Of a DNA stretch of 64,000 bases, positions 13,341-25,297 are shown one piece after another. This stretch comes from Lama glama (lineage: Eukaryota): assembly GCA_028534125.1 (NCBI GenBank), contig CM052817.1, positions 37,698,001 to 37,762,000 on the forward strand. The letters run 5' to 3'. Made by a program: the position numbers and the translations under genes. The notes under the pieces are model-generated. The model searched no databases. It was not told the DNA's origin and saw only the letters and a program-made list of their open reading frames with translations. Every line of letters begins with the position of its first letter. The stretch's first letter is position 1.

Positions 13341-13852
13341 CCCAAGTACTACATTCTTTTTTTTTTTTTTTTTTTTTTTTTGGTGAAAATAAGAAAGAGC
13401 TAGAGGTGCAGAGAGGAGAAGTGTGCACGGGAGAGAGACAGAGAGACAGAGACAGGCCTCTCAAGCTCAAGGGAGTTAAGAGGCTGAGATTTACCGGATC
13501 CTCCTGGCTGGCTGGCCAAAGATGATGTGGGAGAATAGGTTCTTGCCACTCATAGGAAAGAATTCAAGAGCAAGGCATAGCAGAGTGAAAGCAAGTTTAT
13601 TTAGAGATATACACACTCCATGGACAGAGTGTGCTCTCTCTCTCTCTCAGAAGGGAAAACGGCTTAGGAGATAACACACTCCATAGGCAGAATGTGGGCC
13701 ATTTCAGAAAGGTGAGAAGGAGAGAATGCAAGAGGTCTGGGGTGTTTAGTTTAAAGTAAAAATAGATACACAGTCCATAGACGGAGTGCGGGCCGTCTCA
13801 GAAGGTGAGAGAGAGAATGACAGAGTGAGAGCCACCCAAGTACTGCATTCTT
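13341..13852 (-). mobile_element. Retroposed ERV1 transcript fragment (R-U5, PBS, leader, poly(A)) with 18-bp TSD
   Basis: TSD CCCAAGTACTACATTCTT 13341-13358 / CCCAAGTACTGCATTCTT 13835-13852; T25 at 13357-13381; PBS at 13501-13518; LTR poly(A) signal (TTTATT on +) at 13596-13601. Confidence 0.8.
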
Positions 13853-15889
13853 AGTTAGCAAGTGGTCTGTCTTCCAAGTTATCATAGGTAACAGTTTTAT
13901 CAAGTATTTTGCTAAGACATGGGAAGGGTTGCTACCTTTCCAGCCCATGGGAAAGTATTCCAGCTACTTTCAGTGAGCAAGTACCATGTATATCAGGTTC
14001 TATATTTGAAGCAGCTCACTTTGTATGCAGAATTTTATATTAGTTAGTATTAGTTTGAGTCTGAGTGGCAGAAATTTCAAATAATAATGGCCTAAAAAAG
14101 TTTTTTCTTTCTTGTGAATGTCTTGAAGTACATGACTGGGATCCTGTGTCCTCCTATCTTGGTCTATTGTGGATGAACCTCCATTCCCAAGGTTACCTGA
14201 TAGCCCAAGCTGGCTGTAGTCAAAGAATGAAAAATGAGTTAATGATGGGGAGTTGTTTATGTTATGCTATTTGTCATACTGTGCCTGTCTTAAAGTGGAA
14301 ATATTTATTAATTGTTCACTGATCTGAAATTTCATTACAATAATTCTAACTTCAGGTTTTTGATACCACATCATATTTCCACTTTTCTCTAGGATGTCCT
14401 TGAAATTCTCAAAGAGAAATTGACTTCTGTATATGTGTGAGGAATTGCATTACAAAAGCAAATGAACCATAACAATGATGGTTAAGGTGATGTTTGATAA
14501 CTGTTGCTTTTCTATGTAACCCCCAGCATATTGATATTTTTGCTCATGTAATACCATTATTTTATTGTTTTAAAAAATGTGATATCTGAATCATTTGTGA
14601 TTGAAGATCAAAAACAATTACCCCAAAACTTAATTTTTACAGAAAGATAACTTTACTCCAAACAGGTTTATGTTTATGGGAGTCTCAATAAGCAGCCATA
14701 CTGCAATATTGGAAACTTCTATTCAAAAATTAATTTTCACTCCAGTGCAAATTTTTTTGTACACAGAAATAATAATAGTTTTGAAAGTGATATAGTTAAC
14801 TCTGGGAGTCTTCACTTATACATAATAAAATTAAAGAAGTGAAAATGAACTTAAAATACTTCCTTTAAAAATATCAGTAAAACAAAACAATCATTATCAA
14901 TGAAAACATTGTAATCCCATAAAAGTTGCTCCCAAAGTTTATCTCAGAGTTATTAAATAATAAATAAAATTAATTGAAAATGATGGGCCAGAGAAAATTA
15001 TTTGTAGTTCACACATGTAATTGTTCCTCACCATTCTTCCAACTAATATAGAGTCAGAACACTTTTGCAGTAGCTGGAAAAAAAATGGTAGAAAATTCTG
15101 CTCAAGGATTAATCAGATGTAATTGAAGCTTTTATTTTTATACTGCATTTTATTAAAAGTGTGTGCTTTATTTCCGACTTTTCATGATGAATTCAATTAT
15201 CTTAATTTGAACATGGTATTTAATACATTTTAAAGTATTTTGAATAATTTTATCTTCAGAAATTTTTTTATCGCAATGGTAATGAATGGTTAACATTTAT
15301 ATTTTTATAAATTTTGATTTTATTTCATGTTTTATAATATGTTCATAAACTTTTATACTTTAGATGAATTAAATATTTAGTTTCACTAATTTTTAAATTT
15401 TAAAATACAACCCTAGCATTTATACTGGTATTATAACATTATGTGAAATAAACAGTGAATTACCAGTAGTATTTCCACTTTGCTCCAAAACTGAAACCAC
15501 TAATCCATAACAGTGAAAGCATAGATTTATTTGGGCCTCACAGTGTTATAAGAGAATAAAGGTATTTAAAAGGAACTAAAACAATGCAGAACATGTTTTC
15601 AGCCTTTTCCATACCTGAGAGCTCTATATGATGTCCTTCTGAGCTCTCATTGTTTGCAGTGAGCAGGTTGTGGTCTGGTGGAATAGTAAAATTATTAGGA
15701 TTGGAAGTAGAACTGAGGGCAGCTACACCTACTACAGCTCAGAGAAAAGCAGAGGGTAACTGGTCTGATGTCAGTAATCAAGCTCTCCCTCTTGAATTTG
15801 TACAGTGGGAATTTATGTCTGGGAACCTTTTGTTTTCTTTCCACAAAATGCTTTATTGAACCCAACCAAATCTGATCTTAACTGTGGGG

Positions 15890-16059
15890 CAAGGCTGGCT
15901 TTATGGGTGAATGTTGTGGGCAGTCACACAGGACAGGCACTCAGAAGGGCCTCCTGCCTGGGTCAATGCTCTGCTGTTGCCCTCTTGAAATTCTTAGAAA
16001 GTTTTGAGTCCTGAATTTTCACTTTGCACTGGACCTTGCACATTATGTAGCTAGCTCTG
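15890..16059 (+). mobile_element. hAT-Tip100 MITE, MER91A-like
   Basis: CAAGGCTGGCTTTATGGG...CTCAGAAGGGCC...TCTTGAAATTCTTA...TTTGCACTGGACC...ATTATGTAGCTAGCTCTG. Confidence 0.85.
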
Positions 16060-16905
16060 TGGCAGTGGTTTGCTTTTATTTTTGAAGGAAGAATGGTATA
16101 GACACTCTCTAATGTATGTCTAGTGTATGAGTAATTTAAAAAAATCTAAAGTTGGTGTGTATTTTATTTGAATGTATTTAGGCATTAAGGCAAAAGGTCT
16201 TTAGTCAGAGTTGAAGTGAAACAGATGTTCGAAGTGTTAAACTGTGTAATTTCCTCCCATTAACACCTCTTTTCTCCCTCCTGTCCATCAGGGCCTTTAT
16301 GCTCCTTCCTGGACTTCCCTCAGGTCTTCCCCCTGATGTCCCACCATGGAAAATGCAACAAGCATATATGTTTTTCACTTAGAGACACACCTATCAAGAC
16401 ACACTTGCTTGCTTTTCCATTACCACACAGACCTAGGCTATGCCATTGGAAAGCAAACCTCTGATGATATTCTAATAGTTCTTCTGACATCTGTTCATCA
16501 CAGCCTTAACCACTATGGGAAAGGCGTCTGCTGTGGAGAGTACTCCGGGGGAAAGCACACCTGCTTCTGGACTCCCCTGATCCTCACAAAAGTGCCCCCT
16601 TTTATTCTAACTTACCAATGATGCCCTCTACACTAAGGAGAAGGGGAGAGAAATGAAGGACATGAGGGGAAAATATCCTTTTTTTTTCATTCCCAAGACT
16701 CAGCCTTTTAACCTAAATCATCGATTCTCCTCCTTAAAAAGTCTTCAGGTGAACAAATCCTTGCACTCATTTCAAAACCCTGTATCCTTGGCTGTGTGGG
16801 CTTTGCCCTGTATTCTTAGCCTTAGGATGATACACACATGGGCTTTGTAACATTTGTAACTTAGAAAGCTAACGGTTCTGTTACCTCTTGAAATAGTGAA
16901 AATAA

Positions 16906-16931
16906 AACAACAACAACAACAACAACAACAA
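16906..16931. repeat. (CAA)n microsatellite
   Basis: Seen directly. Confidence 0.95.
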
Positions 16932-19150
16932 CTTACAGTTCTGAAGGACAAAATTTGCAGACTTGTCTCTGTAACCATGAAGTTGCTGTCAGCAAAAGCC
17001 CTTTGTTCACCACAGGAAGCAATCTGGTCATAACAACTTCCTTTCTAGCAATTCAATAGAACTATTGTTTCTGAAGCTTATCAGATAGACCCACTACCAG
17101 AAATCCCCACTGGCAACAAAATAGAAATGTTCTTTTTATAATCAAGGAACTATACTTCTCTCAAAGTAGTTACATTTTATTTTATTTATATTTTCTTTGT
17201 TTATTAAATTAGCTTGCATTGCTCACTAGATTTGAAAATGGAGAACGTAAGTAAGTGATACTTTGATTCACTGAATGAAAACTACATTTGTGACTTGAAG
17301 CTACTTGAGAAAGAGAAAGAGAGATAAAGGACTATTTAGAAGATGTTTGTGGCTTCCTATCCTGCTGAATTTTCAGTAAGAATAGTTGGTAGGCAGTTAC
17401 CTACGATGCAGTCTGTAATGTCAGCCTTGTCTACAGAGTCAGGAGTTTTTCTCAAAAAAATTTTATTTTTAATCCGTAAACCATTAAAGTGCTGTCTTAT
17501 TTTTAATTTGCAGGATCTATATCCTTTCTATGTTACCTCCTGCTCCCCTACTTCATATTAGAAAAAATTTTTTTCTGCTCAGTAATTATACTAGTAAGCA
17601 CCAGAAAGGCCATGCATGACCTCTTGGGTTATTTAAGAATAATGACTTAATCTCTTGTGGAAAAAACCCCTCCGCAGGCCTTCTTTGGGGGAGATAACCT
17701 TCTTATTGAAATTCCTCAGTTCCTCCCACATTTCCCATTCTTTTCCCTCCCCATCAGCAGCACTGAATTTGGCAAAGAGACTAATCACTATTTCTCCCTC
17801 TTTGCTTTTCTTCAGTCTTAGTTTAAATAACGTTTCTACCCTTTAAACCTCTTCGCTGCTCATTATAGGGTTTCTTTCACTGGAATGACTGTGTCTTCTG
17901 GTGTTTTCTGTTCTTCCCCTTCTTCACTTAGATGGAGTGACTCACTCCATCCCTTTAGATCTCATCTTGAAACGTTCCTGGGCCTGTTTTCTTTGGACTG
18001 AGCCTGACTCCCACGCAGTCTAATTCCCTTTACACTCCCCTTAATGTCCTTGCCAAGGTTGCAAGTATTTAACTGCATTTTTTTTGCATTCAGATTTTAC
18101 TTCTTCTCTTTTTAGTGTTTAAAACATTCAAGTTTTTCTTAGAAAAGATTACCCAGTCCATTTCCATTCTGTTTTCTTCTCTTAGGTTAGAAATTAAGAT
18201 GAACAGAAAAAAGGACAGTACAGAATTAAAGAGTTTTAAGGCTTCTGTTTTCCTTAGCGCCCTGAGAGTTTGGTATCTCCTGAGACATGATGGAGAGTCT
18301 CAGGTCATGCATCACTCCAGAGCATGGGGAGTTTGTTCTCAGCGCACCAGAGAATTTTTAGACATGTGTAAAGAGAGGAGGCAAATTCCCAAAGGAAGTT
18401 GCAGGACATGGATATAAGAATGGAAGGAAAAAAAAAACCAAACAGCTGAGAAATGAGTTTAATGAAGCCATGGTTAGTTTAGAGCAGAAGTAGAAGTTAC
18501 TACTTCTCTGTTATTCCTGCAGCTCTGTACGTGCTGCACCCTTCTCTGTGCATCTGCTTCATCTGGGCTTCATCCTAGGTGCCCTGCTTGGACAGACCCC
18601 CACTAACCAAGGATGTGGTGTGAAATATTGCATCACATCCTGGTGAGCTGCCTTTGCTTTGTGATTCCTGGGATGAAAGCAGCAGTAGCAAATCTGCCTT
18701 TCCCTAGATCCCTCCAGAAGCCCCTCCCACTGTCTGTGCCTCTGATAACTGACTGGATGAGGCGCTGCGTGCTCATCAGGAAGAGCTGTGGCACCATCTG
18801 GTGTGGTGTACCTGGGTCCTAGGCTGAGCTGGACTGACGTCAGGGCCCAGCACTAGCTGTACTCTCATTCTGATGACAGGCGATGCTAGGCTGTAAAGGT
18901 TCCGTGTGACAGATGGCATGAAGACAAGATAGAAGGCATCAAAGTGGTACTGCTAGCTTTTGGTCTCAGAAGCAAAACAAGTGATGTAGGTAGAGTTCTC
19001 TTAAAAGTATTCAGAAGTTAAAACTTTGGCTGTCGTAACAGGGACATTTTGTCCTGTCACACGTATACCTGTTGGTACCTGATGTTGGGAGATGGAACCT
19101 GAGCTAGAATCTGGTTGACAGATCAGTGACCTCTGTGATCTTTCAGGGAG

Positions 19151-19270
19151 TTTACAGATGAAGATACTTGAGGTTCAGGGAGGTCGAAAGACTTACTGAC
19201 GGTCCACAGCTTGCTAGTGACAGAGCCAGAGCTGAAACTCGTATCCCTAGGCTTTCTGTCCAGCGCTGCC
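19151..19270 (-). mobile_element. MIR SINE
   Basis: TTTACAGATGAAGATACTTGAGGTTCAGGGAGG...CAGAGCCAGAGCTGAAACTC, antisense MIR core. Confidence 0.8.
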
Positions 19271-19556
19271 CTACAGTTCTTATGTTTGTAGCTGCTGGCT
19301 GGCCCAGGATGTCAAGAGACAAAGACCTCTGACATGTCTTTTTAATAAGTTGGGCTTCCTAATGTTACTCTCCTGGGCGTTATGGATAATATTGCTTCTA
19401 TCTCTCCGTATTCTGAATAAAATATAATGCGTACTCACTGTGGAGGATAGAAAATTTAGAAACAAGGGAGAAGAAAATCATACTTTGTAATTCTCTTACC
19501 CAGAGAGGGTCACTATTAACATTTCCTTGATTTCTTTCTAATCTTTTCACACGTAG

Positions 19557-19584
19557 TTGTGTGTGTGTGTGTCTGTGTGTGTGT
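19557..19584. repeat. (TG)n microsatellite
   Basis: Seen directly, one interruption. Confidence 0.9.
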
Positions 19585-22009
19585 ATTTACAAATTGAGGT
19601 TGTGTATTTTGTATCAGCTTGTATCCTTTAGTTGCAAATAACAGAAACTGACCTAGTTTCAAATTTAAGGAAGGAAAGGAATTTCTTGGCAGGCTACAAA
19701 ATCAAAGAAACACTCAGGCCTTGGAAAAGTAGTATCCAGGAAACTCAGCTGTTTTTATCAGAAGAGAATAAATACCGGATAGGCCAAAATAGCATTGAAT
19801 ATAGATGTCTTAGTTTTGAGATTTACAGTAACATCTTGGATAAATAACTTTAAATTTCTTCGTCACTGAAGTCAGTTTGTTTGTTTCCAGTTCAGTGTAA
19901 TTCTCTCTTCCAGATCGTTACGACATTCAGAGTTCAGTCTCCTTCTCAGAACTTTTCTTTTCCATCCCACCTACCTCCATCCCTGCAATGGCCCCCTGGG
20001 AACAGAGGTAGCTCCTGCCATTATCCTGCTGGCAGGGGATGGATATCTGGTCCCTGTGTTACCCTCCAGTCCTTTCTGGCTGTGTCTTGCCTTGCGTAAA
20101 TTTTGCCTGTGAGCCCCTGGCCCCACTGATCTGCTGATGATGTAGCACATCCTTTATGTTCTGGGTACTGGTGGTGCAGTACAGTGTGATTTCTACCAGG
20201 AGTTTTGGCATCATCCCCTGCTGTTGCTGAGAGCCAACTGCCCCGGTTCTAGTATGGGACCTTGTCATCCTCTGCTGTGGTCATCCCTTACCCTCACCCA
20301 TCTGCCAGCTGGCTGTCTCATTATTCCCAGCTCCCTTCCATTTACCTCTCTAGGAACCATAGGATTGTAGAGGTCAGTGGTTCTGTCAGGCCCCCTCTGT
20401 CTCTCATCCTGACCTGCTGCCATTCATACCCATCTGCAGCCTCAGTGGGTATTCTGAAAGTGGTTCCTCCCTGATTTCATGGAGGAGGAAAGTGGAACAA
20501 AAGTACCTTCTTTTCTCAGATCCTAAAACCTATTTGGAACACAAGTATCTATGAGGCCAGTGGATTTCTGTTCTAAGGCAATGCCTCTGATTGATCCAGT
20601 AGGTCGAGAGCTACAGGGCAAAAGAAATAATTTGGCAAAAAAAAAAAAGAACCCTCAATTTAAAACTTTCAACTAGTTTATTTTTCTTCATTCAATTTGA
20701 TACCCTGTGTTTTCCACCACCAAGAGAATTTTCCAGTACAAGGCTGCATAGTATTTAATCATCTACATACTTGTTTAGTTATCTCATAACTCATTTAACT
20801 TCTATGATTCAATATTTAGATCATTTGGGGATTTTGTTATTATAATCAATACTGTAACAAATGTCCTTGGACAAACATTGATATATGTCTCTTATTTTAT
20901 TGGACAAGATTTTTAGTGGGAAATTTTGGGGGGTCAAAATTTAAAAATAATCTTGATGTATTTATTTCTGTACCCATCAGCAGTACATGAGGGTGTGTGA
21001 CTTACTGCATATTTGCTGACATTAAATAATGATTTAACCTTAGTTCCTCCTAGTCCTTACTAATTTGTATAACAGAAGGGGGCCATGTTAAAAACCAATA
21101 ACTTCAATATTGTGTTTATCCCTCCTTCCTTCCTTCTTTTCTTTTCTTTTTTCTTTTTGCCCTCGTTAGCTGATGTGGGACCTCTTGTGCTTTTGGAAAT
21201 TCTCCCTAAGCCCTGTGATCAAATTTTTCTAAAAGTGCCAAAGTCTTCAGTCTTATGCTCACCTTTTTTCCTCAGCTCAGTAACTGAGGTTTGGAGCTTC
21301 AGAATGGTTTAGTAAATTGCTGGAGGATGCCTTCTCTCCCAGCTTGTCACTCCAGCAGACCCCAAGCTGTGCTGGTATGTTCCAGTGCTTCAAAAATGAT
21401 GAAATTACTCTTTCAGGTTTTTTTTTTTTTTTACCCCTGTATGACCTCTCTCCCTTCCTCTGTAGGAGTTCAATGGAGGAACTGGGCTAGAAGACAAATT
21501 TGAAAGACAGACCAGATTGTACCAGCAAGAATTGCTGTTTTATTGGCCTAAATTCATTATTCCAAATTTCTTCCTTCCAATGTGTTCTTTTCCAAGAAGC
21601 TCTTCAGTTTGAATACAAATAGTTTTTTAGGAAGCCCACCCTATGACCTTGACCCTAATTGGGGCTGATTTCCACTTAGACTCTAGGTGATGTGACTATG
21701 ATAGCATTAAAAAATGATTTTTAATTTGATAGGTGAAAATAATATCTTGTGGGCATTTACATTTTCATTTCTGTTCTAATTATTAGGCCAGGCATTTTTC
21801 TGTATACTTGTTTCTAATTTTTGTTTCTTTCTTTCTTATTAGTTATCTGGTCAAGTTCTTTCTCATTATTCCATGGTATTTTAGTATGAGATTTAAAAAT
21901 GTTAGATATATAAGCTTTTGAATGATCATATTTGCTGGAAATAGGTACCCCATTTGGGGGGCTTTTTGTTGTTATTTTTATGCATACAAAAGTTTAACAT
22001 TTTTATGAC

Positions 22010-22880
22010 ATACCATGTTCACGGGTAGAAACAGTGAATACAGTAAAGACACCTTTACTGCCAATTGGGTTAATGGAAGCAACGCAATTCCAATCAAAAT
22101 CTAAAAAGGTTGTATGTAAAAGATTGCAACTTTATTCTAAAATTTATATAGGACAGAAAAGGTCTAAGATCATCTAAAATATGCTTAAAGAAAAAGTAAA
22201 ACAGGGATATTTGCCTTATCAGGTATTAAGACAGTAGTTAAGACAGTGTGGTATTGGTGTTGAGACGATACTCAGGAGAGAAAAGGAGTGACTGTTCTTT
22301 AGGGTAGTAAATGTTGCTGAGATAATTAGTTAGCTACATGCAAATAAAGGAATTGTCTCTTTATATCCTTCCATACATGAACAAAGATTCAGTGTGGACT
22401 AAAGACCAAACTGTGGAAGGTAAAACTTTTAGACTTTTAACATATTTTAAATTTCTTTGAGGGGAGAAGATAATTAAATTTGTTTGTTTATCTATTTATA
22501 ATGGAGGCTCTGGGGATTGAACCCGGGACCTCCTGCATGCTAAGTGTGCGCTCTACAGCTGAGCTATACCTTTCCCAAAACTTTTAGACTTTTAGAAGAC
22601 AATATGGGAGGCTATCTTTATAAATGTGGGGTTGGAAAAAATTTAAAACAAGACTCACGAAGTACAAACCATAAAGAAAAAAATGGATAAATTCAACTAT
22701 ATTAAAATTAATAACGGCTATTTATTAAAAGATAGTGACCAAATAAGCCGTAAGTGAGGAGAAGACATTATCTAAATGTATAACCTAGAAAGGATTGGTT
22801 TACAGAATAAAGAATATCAAAAAGCCTAATTATAAAGGCAATAACAACCTGATAGAAAATTAGGCAAAAGTTAGGAACTG
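22010..22880 (+). mobile_element. Old L1 ORF2 remnant, interrupted by a SINE
   Basis: TACCATGTTCACGGGTAG...AACGCAATTCCAATCAAAATC resembles L1 ORF2 'PCSWIG...NAIPIKI'; later AAACCATAAAGAAAAAAATGGATAAATTCAACTATATTAAAATT. Confidence 0.75.
22440..22576 (-). mobile_element. tRNA-Ala-derived SINE (camelid Vic-1 type)
   Basis: Minus strand GGGAAAGGTATAGCTCAGCTGTAGAGCGCACACTTAGCATGCAGGAGGTCCCGGGTTCAATCCCCAGAGCCTCCA; perfect 18-bp TSD AAAACTTTTAGACTTTTA (22422-22439, 22577-22594). Confidence 0.93.
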
Positions 22881-22884
22881 TAAG

Positions 22885-23365
22885 TATTTCTGAGTGAGGC
22901 TTTGAGACTTCAGTCCCTCTTAGCTGGCTTCTCTGTCCTTGTGACATGTCACCTGTCATTCTTTGAGCACTTACTTATTAATGCACAATAAGGTATCTCA
23001 AGCTCATTTGCACTTTCTCTTTCTCAGTCTAGTATCAGCCATTTCTCCAGGGATCCCTGATCGTTTTAGGAGAGAATTTTATTTATGAACAAAGACTTGC
23101 ATTATAGATGAAATTATAACTGTTGTGGTGTCACTGCTCCCATTTCCTCTCTGTGGACAGAGGGGGGGAATATTTCTGTGGATACTTAAACACACGCACA
23201 TTTACATCTATGTTCATTTCCATATATATCTATAATACAGAAAACCATTATGTTCACACTGAATCCTCCAGTTCCAATCCATCACCATGAAGTTCAACCT
23301 CATTTTCTCCCTGGATCTCATAATCCTTAATACATTTACTTATTTAATCAATTCCCTTACATGCA
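22885..23365 (-). mobile_element. Old L1 (L1MC-like) 3' UTR fragment
   Basis: TCAGCCATTTCTCCAGGGATCCCTG...CTCTGTGGACAGAG...GTTCACACTGAATCCTCCAGTTCCAATCCA. Confidence 0.65.
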
Positions 23366-25297
23366 CCAATCTCCTTTTGCCCCACTGCCACCTCCCTTAC
23401 AGCAGTGACTTCCTTACCCCACTTAAACTGCAGGGCTGCTGCAGCTGGACACCACCAGGTGGACTCCCTTTTTATCCTACCCAGTCTGCGATACCCTGAG
23501 CCAGGTACCTTCATGCACGGGCACCTTCCTCCTCTGGTCAGCCTCCAACATGCATGCTAGGCCTTCCTCCTGTGCCGATGCTCGTATCACCTCACTTGGG
23601 GTCACCATGGCTTTCCCTGTCCTGGTGCAGAGGCCTGTCATGCTTGTCTCCACCTAATGTCTTTATGAGTGAGTTGTTTCTGGAAAAGAAGGGAACGGAA
23701 AGAGGAAAGGAAGAGCTCTCTAGCTCTCTATGGTTTCATTTTTTATAATTATCTCTTTAATCCATAGGAATATGACATAATGTTTATACTTGTATCAAAC
23801 TATTATTTACTAAGTAACTCTCTATATTCCCATATAAATATTTTTGATCAGTATAATAAGGTACAATGTTGAAATAAGTGACAATTTTTAGTTTTGATGA
23901 AAGTAGTAGAAAGACGTCTCTGGGAGCTTTTGAGAAAGCAAGTTGGAGATTTCATTTACAACTGAAAGAAAAAAATAAAGTTAAATTTCAGCAAGGCTGA
24001 ATTTTTCTTTAAAAAGACAGTATGTAAAGTACAACTCAGGAAAGTTTTAAAATTAAAATTAAATTGAGAAATCTGTTCCCTGAAGTGTGAAACCTCAGGA
24101 TGAATAGATGTAGTTCATATGTCTGGGCTCTGTGACTGCAGTGTAGTAGTTACTCATGAGGGATTGTTCTCTAATACACATCTGTTTCCATCTAGAAAAA
24201 TAAACAAAAAAGCCCTTCCTTACCCTTGGCTCCACTTCTTTGAATTATGTCAAGTAAAATTAAACACTGAAAACCAAAAACTTTCCAAAGAAAGCATGGA
24301 TTTATCAAAGCATATTTACTATTATAGGTATTATTTTAAAAGACTACCTGCTGAGCATTTTTAGTGCAGATTCTGCTCTTCTATATATCACTAAATTCTT
24401 AAGCAGATAGTGTACTTTTCTTGGTCTTGCCTTGAGCCAAACTATCTCCTCTAGTTTTCCTCTATCAATTTTCAATTGACTAGAACCTCACAGTTGTCAG
24501 TCTCTGGGGACATGGGGAAATGAAATGTCCCATTACATTTCTCCCTTAATGCATTACTCTAGACTCACTGTGAACTTCTTCTGGGGTACATCCCATAATT
24601 CCCTTGGTTCTGCTTAACCTCCATAAGTGCAGTGGCCATAGACTTGATAGAAATTTTGTGGGATTATCTGTATCATAGTTGAAAACATGTTTTGAAGTAT
24701 CTTTCTGTATTATATTACAACAGACAAGCAAACGTTTCAAAATTTCAGCCCTGGAAATGGTAGATAAAGTTGTTTTAGCTTTTTTTTTTGCATTTTTCCT
24801 TTTGAGAGTTGTTTAACTGTTAAAAGTAAAAGAGAACGTACATTAAAACATATTTTTGTATTAATTAAGTATATTGTTGATAGAAAAGAATATAGTTAAC
24901 TTAGGCTGTGTCTTCATGTGATTCTTGGGTTGTCCATTTTGAATAAATTGTTTAATCTGTTTAGGCAGTAATTAACTTGAATTGTTTTCTAGTAAATTTT
25001 AGAATTTTGTAAAATTATCCTGGAATTTGCTGACTTTTGCAGATGAATTTCAGGTGCTTACTTCTCAAAACAAAGTTCAAGGGGCCATTTCTTTCTTGTC
25101 ACCAACAAAACTCAAAATGGAAATAAGGACCCAAAGATCCAGTTCTGACAGGTTGAGAAAAAGATTAAGCCATATGTACAGATGGCCATGAGTCTATAGC
25201 ATTGATTTTTTGAGTCCCAGGATAGAAAAAGGACTCCGTTATAAGCAGGAGGATACTTTCCCATTTCTAAGGATGACTGGGCAATGTATTGGTGGAT

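Larger units (their letters stand above)
11470..14230 (-). mobile_element. MaLR (MLT1J-like) LTR-internal-LTR element, interrupted
   Basis: LTR-like ends at ~11470-12215 (GAGTGACAGAAAATCCAAAATAACAAGGGCTTAA) and ~14036-14230 (TATTAGTTAG...GAGTGGCAGAAATTTCAAATAATAATGGCCTAA), with MLT1-int-like sequence between. Confidence 0.65.

Noticed and set aside
13605..13810. Repeat-spacer-like pattern resembling a CRISPR array
   Set aside because: This is mammalian DNA, the units are diverged and irregularly spaced, they lie within an LTR, and there are no cas genes.
14380..14445. Acceptor-like TTTTCTCTAG followed by DVLEILKEKLTSVYV*
   Set aside because: It is short and unrecognised, with no partner exon; it may be chance or an old DNA-transposon remnant. 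TBLASTN would decide.
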